From NCBI GenBank assembly GCA_002633005.1, contig NMRA01000976.1:17870-81869 (forward strand): DNA of 64,000 nucleotides, written 5' to 3'. Position 1 is the first letter of the stretch; every line of letters begins with the position of its first letter. This DNA comes from Phoronis australis (Eukaryota > Animalia > Phoronida). The notes beneath the pieces are model-generated. The model saw only the letters and a program-made list of their open reading frames with translations, had not been told where the DNA came from and did not search any database. The translations under genes and the position numbers were made by a program. Shown here one piece after another: positions 12,258-25,410 of this stretch.

Positions 12258-15200
12258 ATTGGTTGTAATTATCAAATCAAGCCTAATTTTCTTCATCTTC
12301 ATTTTTTTATTTTCGTTCTTAGTGGATTCACCAAATGAGACGCCTGACGTATGGTTCCATATAGGCTAACCAAGGATTTCTCAGCAAAAATTCGACAAAC
12401 ACTGGTCATCATTTCAGTGGGCTCCGAACCGTGGCCCTCAGCCTCGGCTTGCTGGATACCGGGAACAGTCCGACCTCTGATATCTTTTTAGCATCAGGCA
12501 GCTGACCAAAGGGCCTATTAATATGTAGAGATTTATAATTTTGGACGAATGCCTGATTAAATTCTTCAACGAAGCAGGGAGATCCATCTAAAATTTTTGT
12601 CGTTGTCGTCCGGTAGCAATCTTTTGAATCCTTAAAACTATTTCCGTGCCCAGTAGTTTAATTAGTCATTTATATAACCTCTATTGTCCATTCGGCCACT
12701 GCATATTGATATTACACCCTAAATTAATTGACAACACAACTGATCTGACTGACTGATTACAATAAGCTAATTAACCTGCCCTTTACTAAATACCTGAAAG
12801 GTTTCACTACTAAATTCTAGTGCTTTGCATATTCTCTTGGTTTTTAGAATTGAAAATATTCTTTAAACCTGTCACGTATGGAATACGATAATCATTTATA
12901 ACGTGAATTATTTTATCTCGATTAAAAACATATATTCGACGATCACTTTCGATTAGAAATTCAAAAAACAAGCCTGCATTTTACTACACTGGCAATATAA
13001 CATATAATAAACCAACATGTATTTTCTGATGTTTTGCTGGTTGATTAAGGCATACACACGGCCATTTTTGCCAGTATCTGAAGAACGTCTTATGTAATCG
13101 GGAGGTGTTGAGCAGTGCGAATTTGAACTTTTTTCTAAATCATCATTTGTGGCGGTTGCAGGCATAGAGGTTGAATTCAAANGTAGCCGCAAGGTTCCCG
13201 CGTCTTCGCCCGCTCCCCCGTGCGGTAAACCGCGACGTGTTGTATGGGGAATACCCTGAAGCACAATCAGGCCTGCAAAGCACTTAGGAGTGACTCCGTA
13301 TAAAAATAAACAAGTAGAGACTATACCCATAATCACAGATTTTTTAGACTTAGCATATGAGGTCGGTTTGATAAGATGTAGAAAACCCTCGCTTTTAAAA
13401 ATTTCCATCCATTACCGTAGTTCTTATGACCTGTTTATACCTCCATTTTGCAGACATGTAGACATGTTTAAATGCATTTTACTAGCATGCATAGTGAGCT
13501 GATAGTAAATGAGTGCTGTGGTTTAAAAGGCCTATGCTTGAATAACTTAACAGTATAACTTTGAAATTTCAATTTCAAATTTTTATACTTTGATTTTGTG
13601 TGGCAAGAACGGCTATTTCGAAGGTTTTCACTAAATCCATTTTTGGCCAAAGTTGGAACTTTGTAGCCAGTCATATTGCACCTTTCCAAAAACTGACCCT
13701 CTAATAATTTGTTCAGTCATTTCTAACCTGTTCATAATCTAAAATAAAAAAATCTTTCCTCTCCCGTAGTTTCTACGTACGAAGCATTACACGTACCGCA
13801 CTTCGTCCTATTTGCCTGTTCTTAGTTGCCTCAACCACCAATAGGAGGCTCTTGGAACATGTAATTAGCAGAAACCGTAGAGAGGGAATTGGCTTGCAAA
13901 ACACGACGTAAAAATCTTGTACTTCTATCTTAGAAAAAAGCAGACATACTACTAATTTCCATTCCCTGAAAACCACACTGATGATTACAGCTTATTATTA
14001 CAAATTATGCACATAAATTAAGATTGACATACGTTTTACAGAGACGACACCCTGACGACAATACCCGTAAGCCAAACAGCGCGTGGCTCCCTGTCTGCCA
14101 TATTCAATGATGATGAACGATATGTAAACAAAAGCAAGGTAAAATTTTGAGGGAAAAAATGAAATTTTGAATACTAACGAGGTTTTAAAATATTGTCAAC
14201 ATAAAGCAATGCAAACCTGTGACCCACGCATTGCTTAAACGCCGGTCATGTAAGCCAAAGTACAGACAAAATTCTAATGGTTTGGCCGAAATTCTCTCAC
14301 GGAGTGCTGCTAGTGCATGAGAGGTTTTGCCGGCTCCGTCGATAAGACAATCACTGAAACGTACTAGATATTTTATAAAATTCGGAAAATATTTCCATGA
14401 TATTACGTTTTCGTCGTTATAATTGTATAGCACTTCAGAGGTGTTTTAAAACCGACAAGGCGATCAGCTGTCAAGAGGCCGCTCTCCGGCGGGCCCTTTC
14501 ACTGGATTCGCAAAGTTTTTAGTCTGGGCTTTTAGGGGAGCTTATTTTTGTCAGCGTTAGTTCATCCTGTTGGTATAGTTATAAGGGCTCGCCCAGCTAA
14601 ATGTGATGATTTTTCCTCGACCTCTACTAGTTTAACCGGAAATTCGAACATCACGGCTTGGGCGGCCCGAAGCCGGTTGTAGTATGCATTTGCACGGATC
14701 CGATTTCCCGAAAGGTGATTGGAATTGTCTTCTTCAGGTTATACCAAATTACACCGATAATACAGGCGTTTTTTTCACGAAAACGCAAGGGGGAGTTACT
14801 GCGTCACGCTTTCTCCATCTCCATTGGGACAGCTGGAGATGATGAACATAGTCCCCAAGTCCACCCACTGTGGGTTTGGGCAATTAATTACCAAATAAAA
14901 TGCCTAATGGTTTGTACTTCATAATGATACAGTTGGTAGAGCAATTGNTAGATTTTGAAAACACTCTAATAAATGAACTAAAAAATACCAAAATAAAATT
15001 GCCCCCCTAAAGTACTCACAAAAAACATTTTCTAGAGGCCCTACAAAATCTGGCCCACCGACTAATTGGTTGTAGTTATCAAATCAAGCCTAATTTGCTT
15101 CATCTTCATTTTTTTCATTTTTGTTCTTAGTGGAATCACCAAATGAGACGCCTGACGTATAGGCTAACCAAGGATTTCTCAGCAAAATTATTCGACAAAC

Positions 15201-18200
15201 ACTATTATTTCAGTGCGCTCCGAACCCTGGCCCTCAGCCTCAGCTTGCTAGATACCGGGAATAGTCCGACCTCTGATATCTTTTCAGCACCAGGCAGCTG
15301 ATCAAAGGGCCAATTAATATCTAGAGATGTATAATTTTGGACGAATGCCCAATGAAATTCTTCAACGAAGCAGAGAGATCCATATTCTAAAATTTTTGTC
15401 GTTGTCGTCTGGTAGTAGCAATCTTTTGAATCCTTAAAACTATTTCCGTGCCCAGTAGTTTAATTAGTCATTTATATAACCTCTAGTTCATTTCCATTGC
15501 ATATTGATATTACACCCTAAATTAATTGACAACACAAGTTAGCTGACTGACTGATTACAATAAGCTAATTAACCTGCCGATTAATACCCGGGTTTCAACA
15601 CTACATTCTAGTGCTTTGCATTTTAGCTCTCTTGGTTTTTAGAATTGAAAATATTCTTTAAACCTGTCACGTATGGAATACGATAATTATTTCGTGAATT
15701 ATTTATCTTTTGTTTTTGGTATAAGCATATGCGCAAGGAAGAGCTGACGAAGGGATTTCCAATGATACGCCTCGTGATATCCTGTTGAAAAACGGCATAG
15801 CTGCGAAGCGTTTTTGTGGCAGTAAAAAAGTGACGCCTTTTCAGTTGACTTACTGTTAAAATATATACATGTCATTTGTCCTACTGTAGGTACATAAATT
15901 CGGTATCGTATTGGAGCTCCAGTTTGTTGAGATGACTAGGGAATCGAGGATGCCATGGCGGTAACTCGCAAAACTAAACCGACCCCGGACTGAAATTAAA
16001 ATGTAATGTGGTCCCGGCAGAAAGTCTTTCTGGATTGCTGAGCATTACCATAACTTTCAAACCATATATGAAATTGAGTGATTATACCCCATCACATACT
16101 CGGACGGAAACATTTAGTCGGAGAATGACTTGAAAATTTTATCAGGTTGTTCTGTACGTGTGCTACTTAAGTTGCTTATACACATATAGCGAACAGACCA
16201 CTACTCTAATAGTTCACTACTCCGAAGGTTCATTACTCTGAAGCAGTAATAGATATTCAGAGTAGTGGACCTTCGAAGTAGTGAATCTTCAAAGTAGTGA
16301 CATGTAACCTTGGAGATCTCCTCCGTCACCTTTTTGCTCATTTGAAGTCTGAGAGGAATTTTCTTCATTAAGAAAAGGCTTGAACCTACTTCTTTTGAAT
16401 AATGCGAACAAGCTTGTCGGGTTTTTTCAGTGATGAGAAACGTCGTAGTTAAATGTTTACTTTTTGAGCTATTGAAGTCACGTGTACTGAATTAAAAACA
16501 ATGAAAACACATCCAGGTAGACTCACGCATCACTAATGCACTAGTAAACGCACCAATACAAAACCAAAGCGTGAACTCGATTAAAAACATATATTCAACG
16601 ATCACTTTCGATTAGAAATTCAAAAACAAGCCTGCATTTTACTACGCTGGCAGTATAACAGATAATAAACCTACATGTATTTTCTGCTGTTTTGCTGGTT
16701 GATTAAGGCATACACACGGCCATTTTTGCCAGTATCTGAAGAACGTCTTATGTAATCGGGAGGTGTTGAGCAGTGCGAATTTGAATTTTTTTCTAAATCA
16801 TCATTTGTGGCGGTTNAAACCGCGACGCGTTGTATGAGGAAGACCCTGAAGCACAATCAGGCCTGCAAAGCACTTAGGAGTGACTCCGTATAAAAAATCA
16901 AGTAGAGACTATACCCATAATCACAGATTTTTTAGACTTAGCATATGAGGTCGGTTTGGTAAGTTGTAGAAAATCCTCGCTTTTAAAAATGTCCATCCAT
17001 TACCGTAGTTCTTATGACCTGTTTATACCTACATTTTGCAGACATGTAGACATGTTTAAATGCATTTTACTAGCATGTATAGTTAGCTGATAGCAAATGA
17101 GTGCTGTGGTTTAAAAGGCCTATGCTTGAATAACTTAACAGTATAACTTTGAAATTTCATTTTTAAATTTGTATACTTTGATTTTGTGTGACAAAAACGG
17201 CTATTTTGAAGGTTTTCACTAAATCCATTTTTGGCCAAAGTTGGAACTTTGTAGCCAGTCATATTGCACCTTTCCAAAAACTGACCCTCTAATAATTTGT
17301 TCAGTCATTTCTAACCTGTTCATAATCTAAAATAAAAAAATCTTTCCTCTCTAGTTTCTACGTACGAAGCATTACACGTACCGCATTTCGTCCTATTTGC
17401 CTGTTCTTAGTTGCCTCAACCACCAATAGGAGGCTCTTGGAACATGTAATTAGCAGAAACCCGTAGAGAGGGAATTGGCTTGCAAAACACGACGTAAAAA
17501 TCTTGTACTTCTATCTTAGAAAAAAGCAGACATACTACTAATTTCCATTCCCTGAAAACCACACTGATGATTACAGCTTATTATTACAAATTATGCACAT
17601 AAATTAAGACTGACATACGTTTTACAGAGACGACACCCTGACGACAATACCCGTAAGCCAGCCGGACAGCGCGTGGCTCCCGGTCTGCCATATTCAATGA
17701 TGATGAACGATATGTAAACAAAAGCAAGGTGAAATTTTGAGAGAAAAATTGAAATTTTGAATACTAACGAGGTTTTAAAATATTTTTAACATAAAGCAAT
17801 GCAAACCTGTGACCCACGCATTGCTTAAACGCCGGTCATGTAAGCCAAAGTACAAACAAAATTCTAATGGTTATTGGCCGAAATTCTCTCACGGAGTGCT
17901 GCTAGTGCTTGAGAGGTTTTGCCGGCTCCGTCGATAAGACAATTACTGAAACGTACTAGACATTTTATAAAATTCGGAAAATATTTCCATGATATTACGA
18001 CAAGGCGATCAGCTGTCAAGAGGCCGCTCTCCGGCGGGCCCTTTCACTGGATTCGCAATGTTTTTAATCTGGGCTTGTAGGGGAGCTTATTTTTGTCAGC
18101 GTTAGTTCATCCTGTAGGTATAATTATAAGGGCTCGCCCAGCTAAATTTGATGATTTTTCCTCGACCTCGACTAGTTTAACCGGGAATTCGAACATCACG

Positions 18201-18492
18201 GCTTGGGCGGTCCGAAGCCGGTTGAAGTATGCATTTGCACGGATCCGATTTCCCGAAAGGTGATTGGAATTGTCTACTTCAGGTTATACCAAATTACACC
18301 GATAATACAGGCGTTTTTTCACGAAAACGCAAGGGGGAGGTACTGCGTCACGCTTTCTCCATCTCCATTGGGACAGCTGGAGATGATGAACATAGTCCCC
18401 AAGTCCACCCACTGTGGGGTTTGGGCAATTAATTACCAAATAAAATGCCTAATGGTTTGTACTTCATAATGATACAGTTGGTAGAGCAATTG
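12258..18492 (+). repeat. Near-identical direct duplication (12258-14947 and 15065-18492)
   Basis: Colinear, highly similar copies. Copy 2 has an extra ~870 bp (about 15708-16576). There is an N at the end of copy 1 and an N at the homologous internal site of both copies. Confidence 0.9.
16198..16305. repeat. Fold-back element made of ~16-bp subrepeats
   Basis: ttcactactccgaagg / ttcattactctgaag followed by the inverted ttcagagtagtgga / ccttcgaagtagtgaa. Confidence 0.55.
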
Positions 18493-18964
18493 TTTAGGAT
18501 TATGTCATAGAGAACTACAAAATTGGCAATCCATCTTTTTAAAGCAGACCAGACTGGTATACAGTATATTATTTCCAGTTGTGTTCCTTTTTAAATGGTC
18601 GAGTTGCGTAGTTGGGTATGGTTGGTGTGAGAATATGAAGGTATCTTCCGCACTCAAGTCCAAAGTTAGTGCTCATATTGACGAATAGCCGACAACCTCC
18701 GCTCGCCGTTCTCGATTAGGTTTTGAGATGCCAGCAGATAATTTTATCTGGGCAACTGTAAATGTGAGTAATGTAACCATAGATTCATTAGTCTAATTCC
18801 ACGATATGAGTATCAATTCAAACGATTTTTTTCTTTGACACATATAAAAAATAGCCTACTTGCCCGGATCCCATCTACATGTATAATGTACCCGGATCGT
18901 AGATGTGTCGTGTGATTAATAGGTCTATCGTAGAAAAAAAGCAAACGAGAGTACATGTACACCT

Positions 18965-19145
18965 ACTAGATACGCTAAAGCGGCTTATGACATGTTAGTT
19001 GATTTAGATAGGAATGGAAGAAATACTTGGGTATCTTCTGTTAGACAATTGCTATCAAAATACGGTTTTTATCAAATTTGGTTGAATCAAGGTGTCACGT
19101 GCGAAGTCTCGTTTTTAAGTTTCTTCGCGCAAAGAGTTAATGACT
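18965..19145 (+). mobile_element. Non-LTR retrotransposon fragment (RTE-X/CR1-like, post-RT region)
   Basis: Translates as ...NTWVSSVRQLLSKYGFYQIWLNQGV..., a common LINE ORF2 C-terminal motif. Cut by the N at 19146. Confidence 0.55.
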
Positions 19146-19654
19146 NATCCATCAGTAAATAAGCATTTCCATGAGAGCACGCGATCGTGGATTGTGAAAC
19201 CCAACGTCATTGGCTAAGAGTTTAAACTAAATTACGAGCGTAATTTTACGCCGTAAAGAATTAAATTACGCTCGTAATTTTACGGCGTAATTAATGGCGT
19301 AAACAACTGCGTAATGTAGACAATTACGCTCGTATTTTTCCGGCGACACTTTCCCCCCAACGGCCCATCATAATTTCAAGCCTGTAAGCACCTTCGCTAT
19401 CTAAAAGTTAGCAGCGTCATTTGGCCTTGTGGCCTGTACGTGAATATCTGCAAAATTCGCAATTGTGTTAACCTCATTCAAATTACCGTACAAAAAGTTT
19501 TGTACACTTGATTGAGAATTAAGGTTGAAGCCTAATTAGACTATACCTTCTGTTTGCAATGTTTATTTGATATTACACGCAGTGTCAGGTCATTTAACGT
19601 TAGTAAAACCAAGAACCCACCAGAAATTAAAACAACAAAAATTGTCTATTAACG

Positions 19655-20590
19655 TTTCCCATATCGAGTGTGTCGACAAGTTTAAGTATTTGGGCCTTAT
19701 TTTAAATCCCAACCTTAAAATTATTTAGAAATCATGTAGAACACATAACAAAACAAATTGTCAAAAAAAATCGGTGTACTTAAACGTCTAGGTAATTTTC
19801 TTAATGTCAACACTCTTAAAACACTTTACCATTCAGTTATCCAGCCACATATTGATTATTGTTTACCAGTTTGGGTACATACCAGCGACACACTTGTAAG
19901 CAAGGTTCAGGCGATATCCAAAATAGAGCCGACAGGGCTATTATGGATACTACAATTAGGGAGACCTGTACTCCACGCTTGGATTGATTAAAGTATAACA
20001 AAGAAATAAAAATCTCTCCGACTGTTGCATACACACATGTGTTAATGGTTTGGCTACAACGTATCTCAGCCGCAAATTCAGAACCAGACAAGCTGCTTAC
20101 TCTATACGTTCTGCCGTTGATGGTAATGTTTCATTTAAAAGAATTAAAACCAAGACCGGCAAGAGATCTTTTATTCATGCTGCTGCTGCAGTATGGAACT
20201 CTCTTAGCCCAGAAATTAAACGTTCCGGTTCAGTTAATGCTTTCAGTTGCAATATTAAAAAATTACGGTAATTTATTTACCCATTCTTACACCTGTGCCT
20301 GTCTTAATTAATAATTGTCATTATTGTATATACTCTCACTATTTTTTTTTCATTTAATTTCATGTCCCTAAGTCTAATTTCATCATCCTCCGTCAATTAT
20401 TTATTTACTATCTAAATTCTCAACCCGTTTTAATTGTTGCATTGTTACTTGTATTTCATTATTGTTTTACTATTTCATTGTATTTTATTGTATAGTTGTA
20501 AATCCTGCTGTTGAGGGCCCTCTTGGAAAGCAGTGATGGCACTAAAAAGGCCACCCTCATTTTAAATATTGAAATAAATAAATAACTAAA
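19655..20590 (+). mobile_element. 5'-truncated CR1-group (Crack/Daphne/L2-like) LINE
   Basis: Frameshifted motifs IECVDKFKYLGLIL, KKIGVLKRL...LYHSVIQPHIDYCLPVW and KRSFIHAAAAVWNSL. T-rich 3'UTR ending in (AAAT)n. Confidence 0.85.
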
Positions 20591-21564
20591 TAATTTTGAA
20601 AATACACAACGTGAAAACATGGTTGAATATATCTTTTTTTAACAATTGAAATGTTAAAGTTCAATACACAAAAAATGCCGGGATAAGAAGTGAAATTGGT
20701 TTGTAACATTTGCAGATTAGTTGTGCTTAATGTTCTGTAAGACCCTAGAAAATTTTCAAATTTGGCCAACCTTCAATTCCTGGCACAATATCTCAGAAGC
20801 GGCTGGATGGATTCACACGAAAGTTTCTGATATTATGCACTTTGCGTTGTTAAAAAATTAACGTTAGGAATTGTTTTTAAAATTTGTACTTTTGCAAAAT
20901 GAAGTATAACAATTACTTGTATGATTTTTGTGACAAAACTTCATGAAAGTTGCATCAAGCGAAAACAAAATGAAAATTTTATAAAACTGCAACAGCGTGT
21001 TTGAAAGTTTATTTTGAACAATTACACCATACAATAATTGGTCATGTAATGGATGCAATGCATGTATCTTTACTTTTTAATAACTTTTACTCGAAACATG
21101 GTCTGGTGGTCTCGTTATTGCCTGATTTGTATAAAGTTAACAACTAAATTTTATGGAGTTTTTGCTTTCAGAAAAATGTACTTTTGCTAAGTTCACTTCT
21201 ACTGTTTTGTACTACTTGGATAAATTTTCAGACTTGTCGATAAGGTCCTTCATAACTTTAACATTGTGTTAAGGTTATGTTTTACGTTTGAAAAACTCCA
21301 AATTTAACTAATTTTGGGACACGAAATCTTAGATATGGCGAGCGTTTTCATATATTTCGGATACTATGCTTAAACCATTACATGTACGTTTCTAGAATTT
21401 ATGGGAATTGGTTTTAGAATGCTCCGTTTGTGAGTAATGGGTTATCAAAAGCAGGACTTCTGTGATTTTTATAAAAAATCAAAGGTGCATCAAACGAAAA
21501 CAAAAAGACGATATCATTTTACAGAGTCCATTTGAATATTTTAGGAATTTGGCTACATGCTCAA

Positions 21565-21830
21565 AATGTTGGTATGATAACTAGGAGATTAGGTCAGAGA
21601 GCAACAGAACATTCGAAAAGTGACACTAGTGACCTCTGTATTCACTCTGTGGTAACAGGTCGCATAATAGATTACGCTTATCTTTCTATTCTTCACAATG
21701 ATGTAAATAGATTCAGATTGGCTATTAACGAGAGCCTTGCCGTTGTTCTTCTGAATGCTCTGTCTTCGCTGGATATCAACCTGCGGTAGTTTGAGCTCAC
21801 CATCAGGTAGCTTTGACCTCTTCATGTGAC
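21565..21830 (+). mobile_element. Penelope-like element remnant (GIY-YIG endonuclease)
   Basis: VGMITRRLGQRATEH...H...TGRIIDY...IL...RLAINESL fits the Penelope YIG-T-R-L--R--EH...L-I-ESL pattern. Confidence 0.75.
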
Positions 21831-22107
21831 TGCTTTACAATGTATAAGTAAGTTTTGGTATCTTTGTTCGTGTTAATTATGACCATGCTTGTGGTGGTTG
21901 GATATTTTCCTTGAGAATGGTGAAGTGATTTTCATCGAATGGTGCAATAGCACCGATTGTCACCCACCTTTACAGCTCAACATATAATATATAACTTTTG
22001 TATTTATCTGGTAGTTTAGTTTGTCATTATATAGTGTGTATATGACCTTTATCTCACCCTCACGTGTTGTTTCACTGCATGTAGCTTCGGTATCGCTTCG
22101 CAGTTAG

Positions 22108-22373
22108 CAGGGGCGGATCTAGGATTTTGAGTTAGGGGTGCGCGCGCCCAGCCTAAAATGTAGGGATGTGGGGGTCTCAAATCTTTGGGTTTGTGGACCT
22201 TACTACTAAAAAAACGGGGTTTGTTCAAGGCCTATGCATTGTGCACTCGTCCCCGAGCCCCCCTGGGTGCGCGCATATATACTAATCAGTCATTCGCACC
22301 CCGAACTGCCAAATGGAATCTGGGAGAATTTTAGGGAGGGCATAGCCCCCTTGCCCCCCTGAACCAGCCACTG
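22108..22373. mobile_element. hAT5-like MITE with TSD GTTAG and a nested second element
   Basis: gttag|caggggcggatc...cagccactg|gttag. The inner segment is bounded by tgcgcgcgccca...tgggtgcgcgca. Confidence 0.7.
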
Positions 22374-23077
22374 GTTAGCGCATGAATACAAAATGCTGAA
22401 AACAATTGTGCTGGGTTTTCTAAAATTAAGAACTTACCCCCTATTGTGATTTACGAACGACACGAGACATAATTGATGCACTCAAGAAAGTCCGCCACCT
22501 AGAAACACTGTGACATCTGATCGTCTCAAAGAGGGCGGTATTTCTCAGACCTCTTACTTTCCAACTACACTTATTGCATCGTTCTGTAAAATTATTCTTA
22601 CCGCTATAGAATTTATCCCATTTAATCAAACCCTCAGACTGAGCCGCCTTGACAAGCAACTTGTTGAGGATACTCTACCGGGATACGAAACTACCACTTC
22701 TTTTAAATCCCAGAAGTTGATTCTGACGAAACCAGTTTCACAACTGCAGGTGCTCTAAGCCCTACAAAGGATTTAGGAAAAAATGGAGATTTCTGGTTAA
22801 GCGGATGCTTTATCTGAAATCCTGGTAATTTTGATTCCTACCCGAATGCGAGTTCGAAGCACCTCTCATTGTATCATTTGATTGCTGGGCTACGGTCTTG
22901 ACATTCAGTAGATTTTTATAATGAAACATCGTTTTGCGTTGTTGACATAAAAACAAAATGCAATAAATGCGTTCATAGATATTTATATTTTCTTCGAAAT
23001 GATTGTGAGATAATTCCAATACATTTCAGTCTTTTAAGATATTTTAAGTGTGTTTCATGAAGATTAATGAAACAACT

Positions 23078-23234
23078 TTAGTCCATATCGTCGACGAGTT
23101 CCCGGCTTTGAACCTCGCGTTCAAAACTTCCTGCGTTCCCTTCACTGTCCAACGACGACATTCGGGAGGATTTTGCACGCCTGACTTCATGAAAGCGGGA
23201 AACCCGCCCTGTTTCAAGGTGTGCGTCCGAGACG
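23078..23234 (-). CDS. Secreted prepropeptide gene copy A, exon 3 (peptide exon)
   Basis: Acceptor tgtgttttcag|C. Encodes VSDAHLETGRVSRFHEVRRAKSSRMSSLDSEGNAGSFEREVQSRELVDDMD*. Many differences from copy B are synonymous in this frame, and the stop position is conserved (TAA vs TGA). Confidence 0.85.
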
Positions 23235-24282
23235 CTGAAAACACAACAACAAGAAACACTGCTGAGTAAATATTTCTTTCGTTACTGTATATGAACATTG
23301 TTTCAGTGAGTCAAGAACGGCTACTTCAGATGACAATAAGAAAGATATCAAACCCGGTTCCGACAAGTTTTCCCAAAGTGTTTTGTTAACCGCTATTAAA
23401 CAGTTAGTACTTCCCATGAAATGCGTGCGATGGAAAACTCTATATTCACCACAGAGTTTTAAATCTCTCTCCCACTAAGATAAATGCGCGCATGCGCTCA
23501 AAGTAAGTCATTCTACATACAGCTGACCGACAAGATGAATGTTAACGGCAGAATATCATGTGTGATCGCACTATGAATTCGAGGTCGACAGCGCAGTATC
23601 AAGCCAGCCAGTGAAACAAGTAATTTTCCGAAAATATTTCCAAGGGCAGTTTAGAATATATTTGTATACTGCGATACCTTTCAAAATTAACTTTAAAGCG
23701 TTTAGGACTTAAATGTATATAAATTGCCTCTAATCGGTCTAGCTGCTGTTTAAGTCGCTATTATATCATTTACATCAAAGACCAAAGGTCACGTTTTCCA
23801 TATCAGAGAAATGTGCTACGTTTATGTCCTGCCATACCAAATAAGGAGAAGTTCATAGCCTTGTGGGAGAAAAATGAAAGAAGTGACGAGCGGTTAAAAG
23901 ATGGATTTTTTAATTTGAAAGTAAAAGAAAATGCGTTGATATTAACAGATATTGAAAATCTTTACGCAGGTACGTTGAATTATGTTTCAGTGGCAGAGAA
24001 CCACGTGACTCTGAATACTGCAATTTAGTCTGTTTTGAGTTCAAGGCCTCTTTAATGATTCTGCAGGGTCACGAGCTCGTGAGAGGCAGTGAACTGAGTT
24101 TATTACTGTTCATGGCTTATCTACGAGTAACTAGAATGTGTACTCGTTTGTATGTGGTTCTGAAAGGAATACGTTGACACATTTTCATGACATCATGGCT
24201 TGAGATGACGTAGACCTATGTGACCTTATTTTGCAACTTTTTGACGGGACATGAGATTATGAAACATGGATATAATACTCAC

Positions 24283-24344
24283 CTGACGTAGAGCACCAAG
24301 CATGCAACGGCCAGCAAAGCGATAACATTGGTCGACTTCAACAT
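24283..24344 (-). CDS. Secreted prepropeptide gene copy A, exon 2 (signal peptide)
   Basis: Acceptor ttatttgtag| gives an exon start at 24366. Start context acaATG. Encodes MLKSTNVIALLAVACLVLYV, then a phase-2 donor AG|gtgagt that matches exon 3. Confidence 0.85.
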
Positions 24345-25341
24345 TGTTTGAGTCTCATGAGGTTGTCTACAAATAATCAAAATATGGCTGTCTTATAAAA
24401 TATGGTTCGACAACTGTTCTTGCGTGGTTGCAGAGGTAAAACTTCATTCGAGACCACTTGCTGACGTCCTATTAACGCTGTTTTGGTTGTTCAAAGACGT
24501 CCAACTGGCAAAATATTATAAGATTCAACACCAATGAAGCAGTACATTTCAAAAACGACCGAATGAGTTCATTTTACTCACAGCGTAACAGGTTTTAAAT
24601 ATTCTATCGATTGTTTGTTGTTCGTTTCGTACAGAGATTGTTGTTACGTTTTTTAGGGAAGCACGGTTTGTGTGTGTTTGGCGCATTCAGCACAGGCCGT
24701 GTTTTTATTGTGTTTACTGGATTGTTAGACTCTTTCGAATGCAAATTACCACACATTTTATTACAATTACGACTACTATTTATTGACCCAATGTCCTGTA
24801 AATTACCAGCTATGAAACTCGCTTTCACGGCATTAACTGCCTAAGCCAACTTTAGCCCATCGTTGGCTAAATGCGCAACGATAACGTTGTCAATTCACTA
24901 CAAGTATTTACGGCTGGAATTAATTACTTGGAGCGCCATTAACTGATAATGTCGTAAAATAATTAACAAGTGTGAATTTATATAATCCCTAAATAACGAA
25001 TTTAAGATTGCATGCTCGTCGTTCAGAATTAATTTACACTGTTAACAAAAACTAAGTTGTGCAAGTAATTTATGGTCATAACGTTCACCCATTCAGCCTA
25101 AGATACATATACTAGCGTCCATCATCATTTTCATATCGTGCATAAAACCCTGCACCCAAAGAATTTCGATTCTCACAGCTTGGTGGCAAGTGTTCGCAGT
25201 CTATGACGTGACTCAAATTGTTGTGGTGTTTTACTGTCCTATCGAGATGAAGAATAAGACCAACGATAGCAATGACAGTACTTATGGCAATAGCTCTACA
25301 GAGCGAATTGCAACTGTACGCCACTGAAATACCAAACTTAC

Positions 25342-25410
25342 CAACTTGTCGAAACGTGTCGAGTCAATGTCTAGGTTTGACTGTCGAATGACGAATGGTG
25401 CTCATTTATA
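25342..25410 (-). promoter_or_regulatory. TATA box and non-coding exon 1 of peptide gene A
   Basis: TATAAAT at 25410-25404, an initiator-like CAGT about 28 nt downstream, and a donor TTG|gtaagt at 25341. All three are conserved in copy B. Confidence 0.75.

Noticed and set aside
23048-23269. Similar plus-strand ORFs at 23048 and 38068 (MKI.ETT..HIVDEFP...)
   Set aside because: They are antisense shadows. Their differences fall mostly at first codon positions, which are silent third positions of the minus-strand peptide exon.
25112-25324. Hydrophobic minus-strand ORFs at 25112 and 46039
   Set aside because: They have non-ATG starts at or just inside the intron 1 donor and different stop positions. 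The similarity reflects conserved intron sequence.
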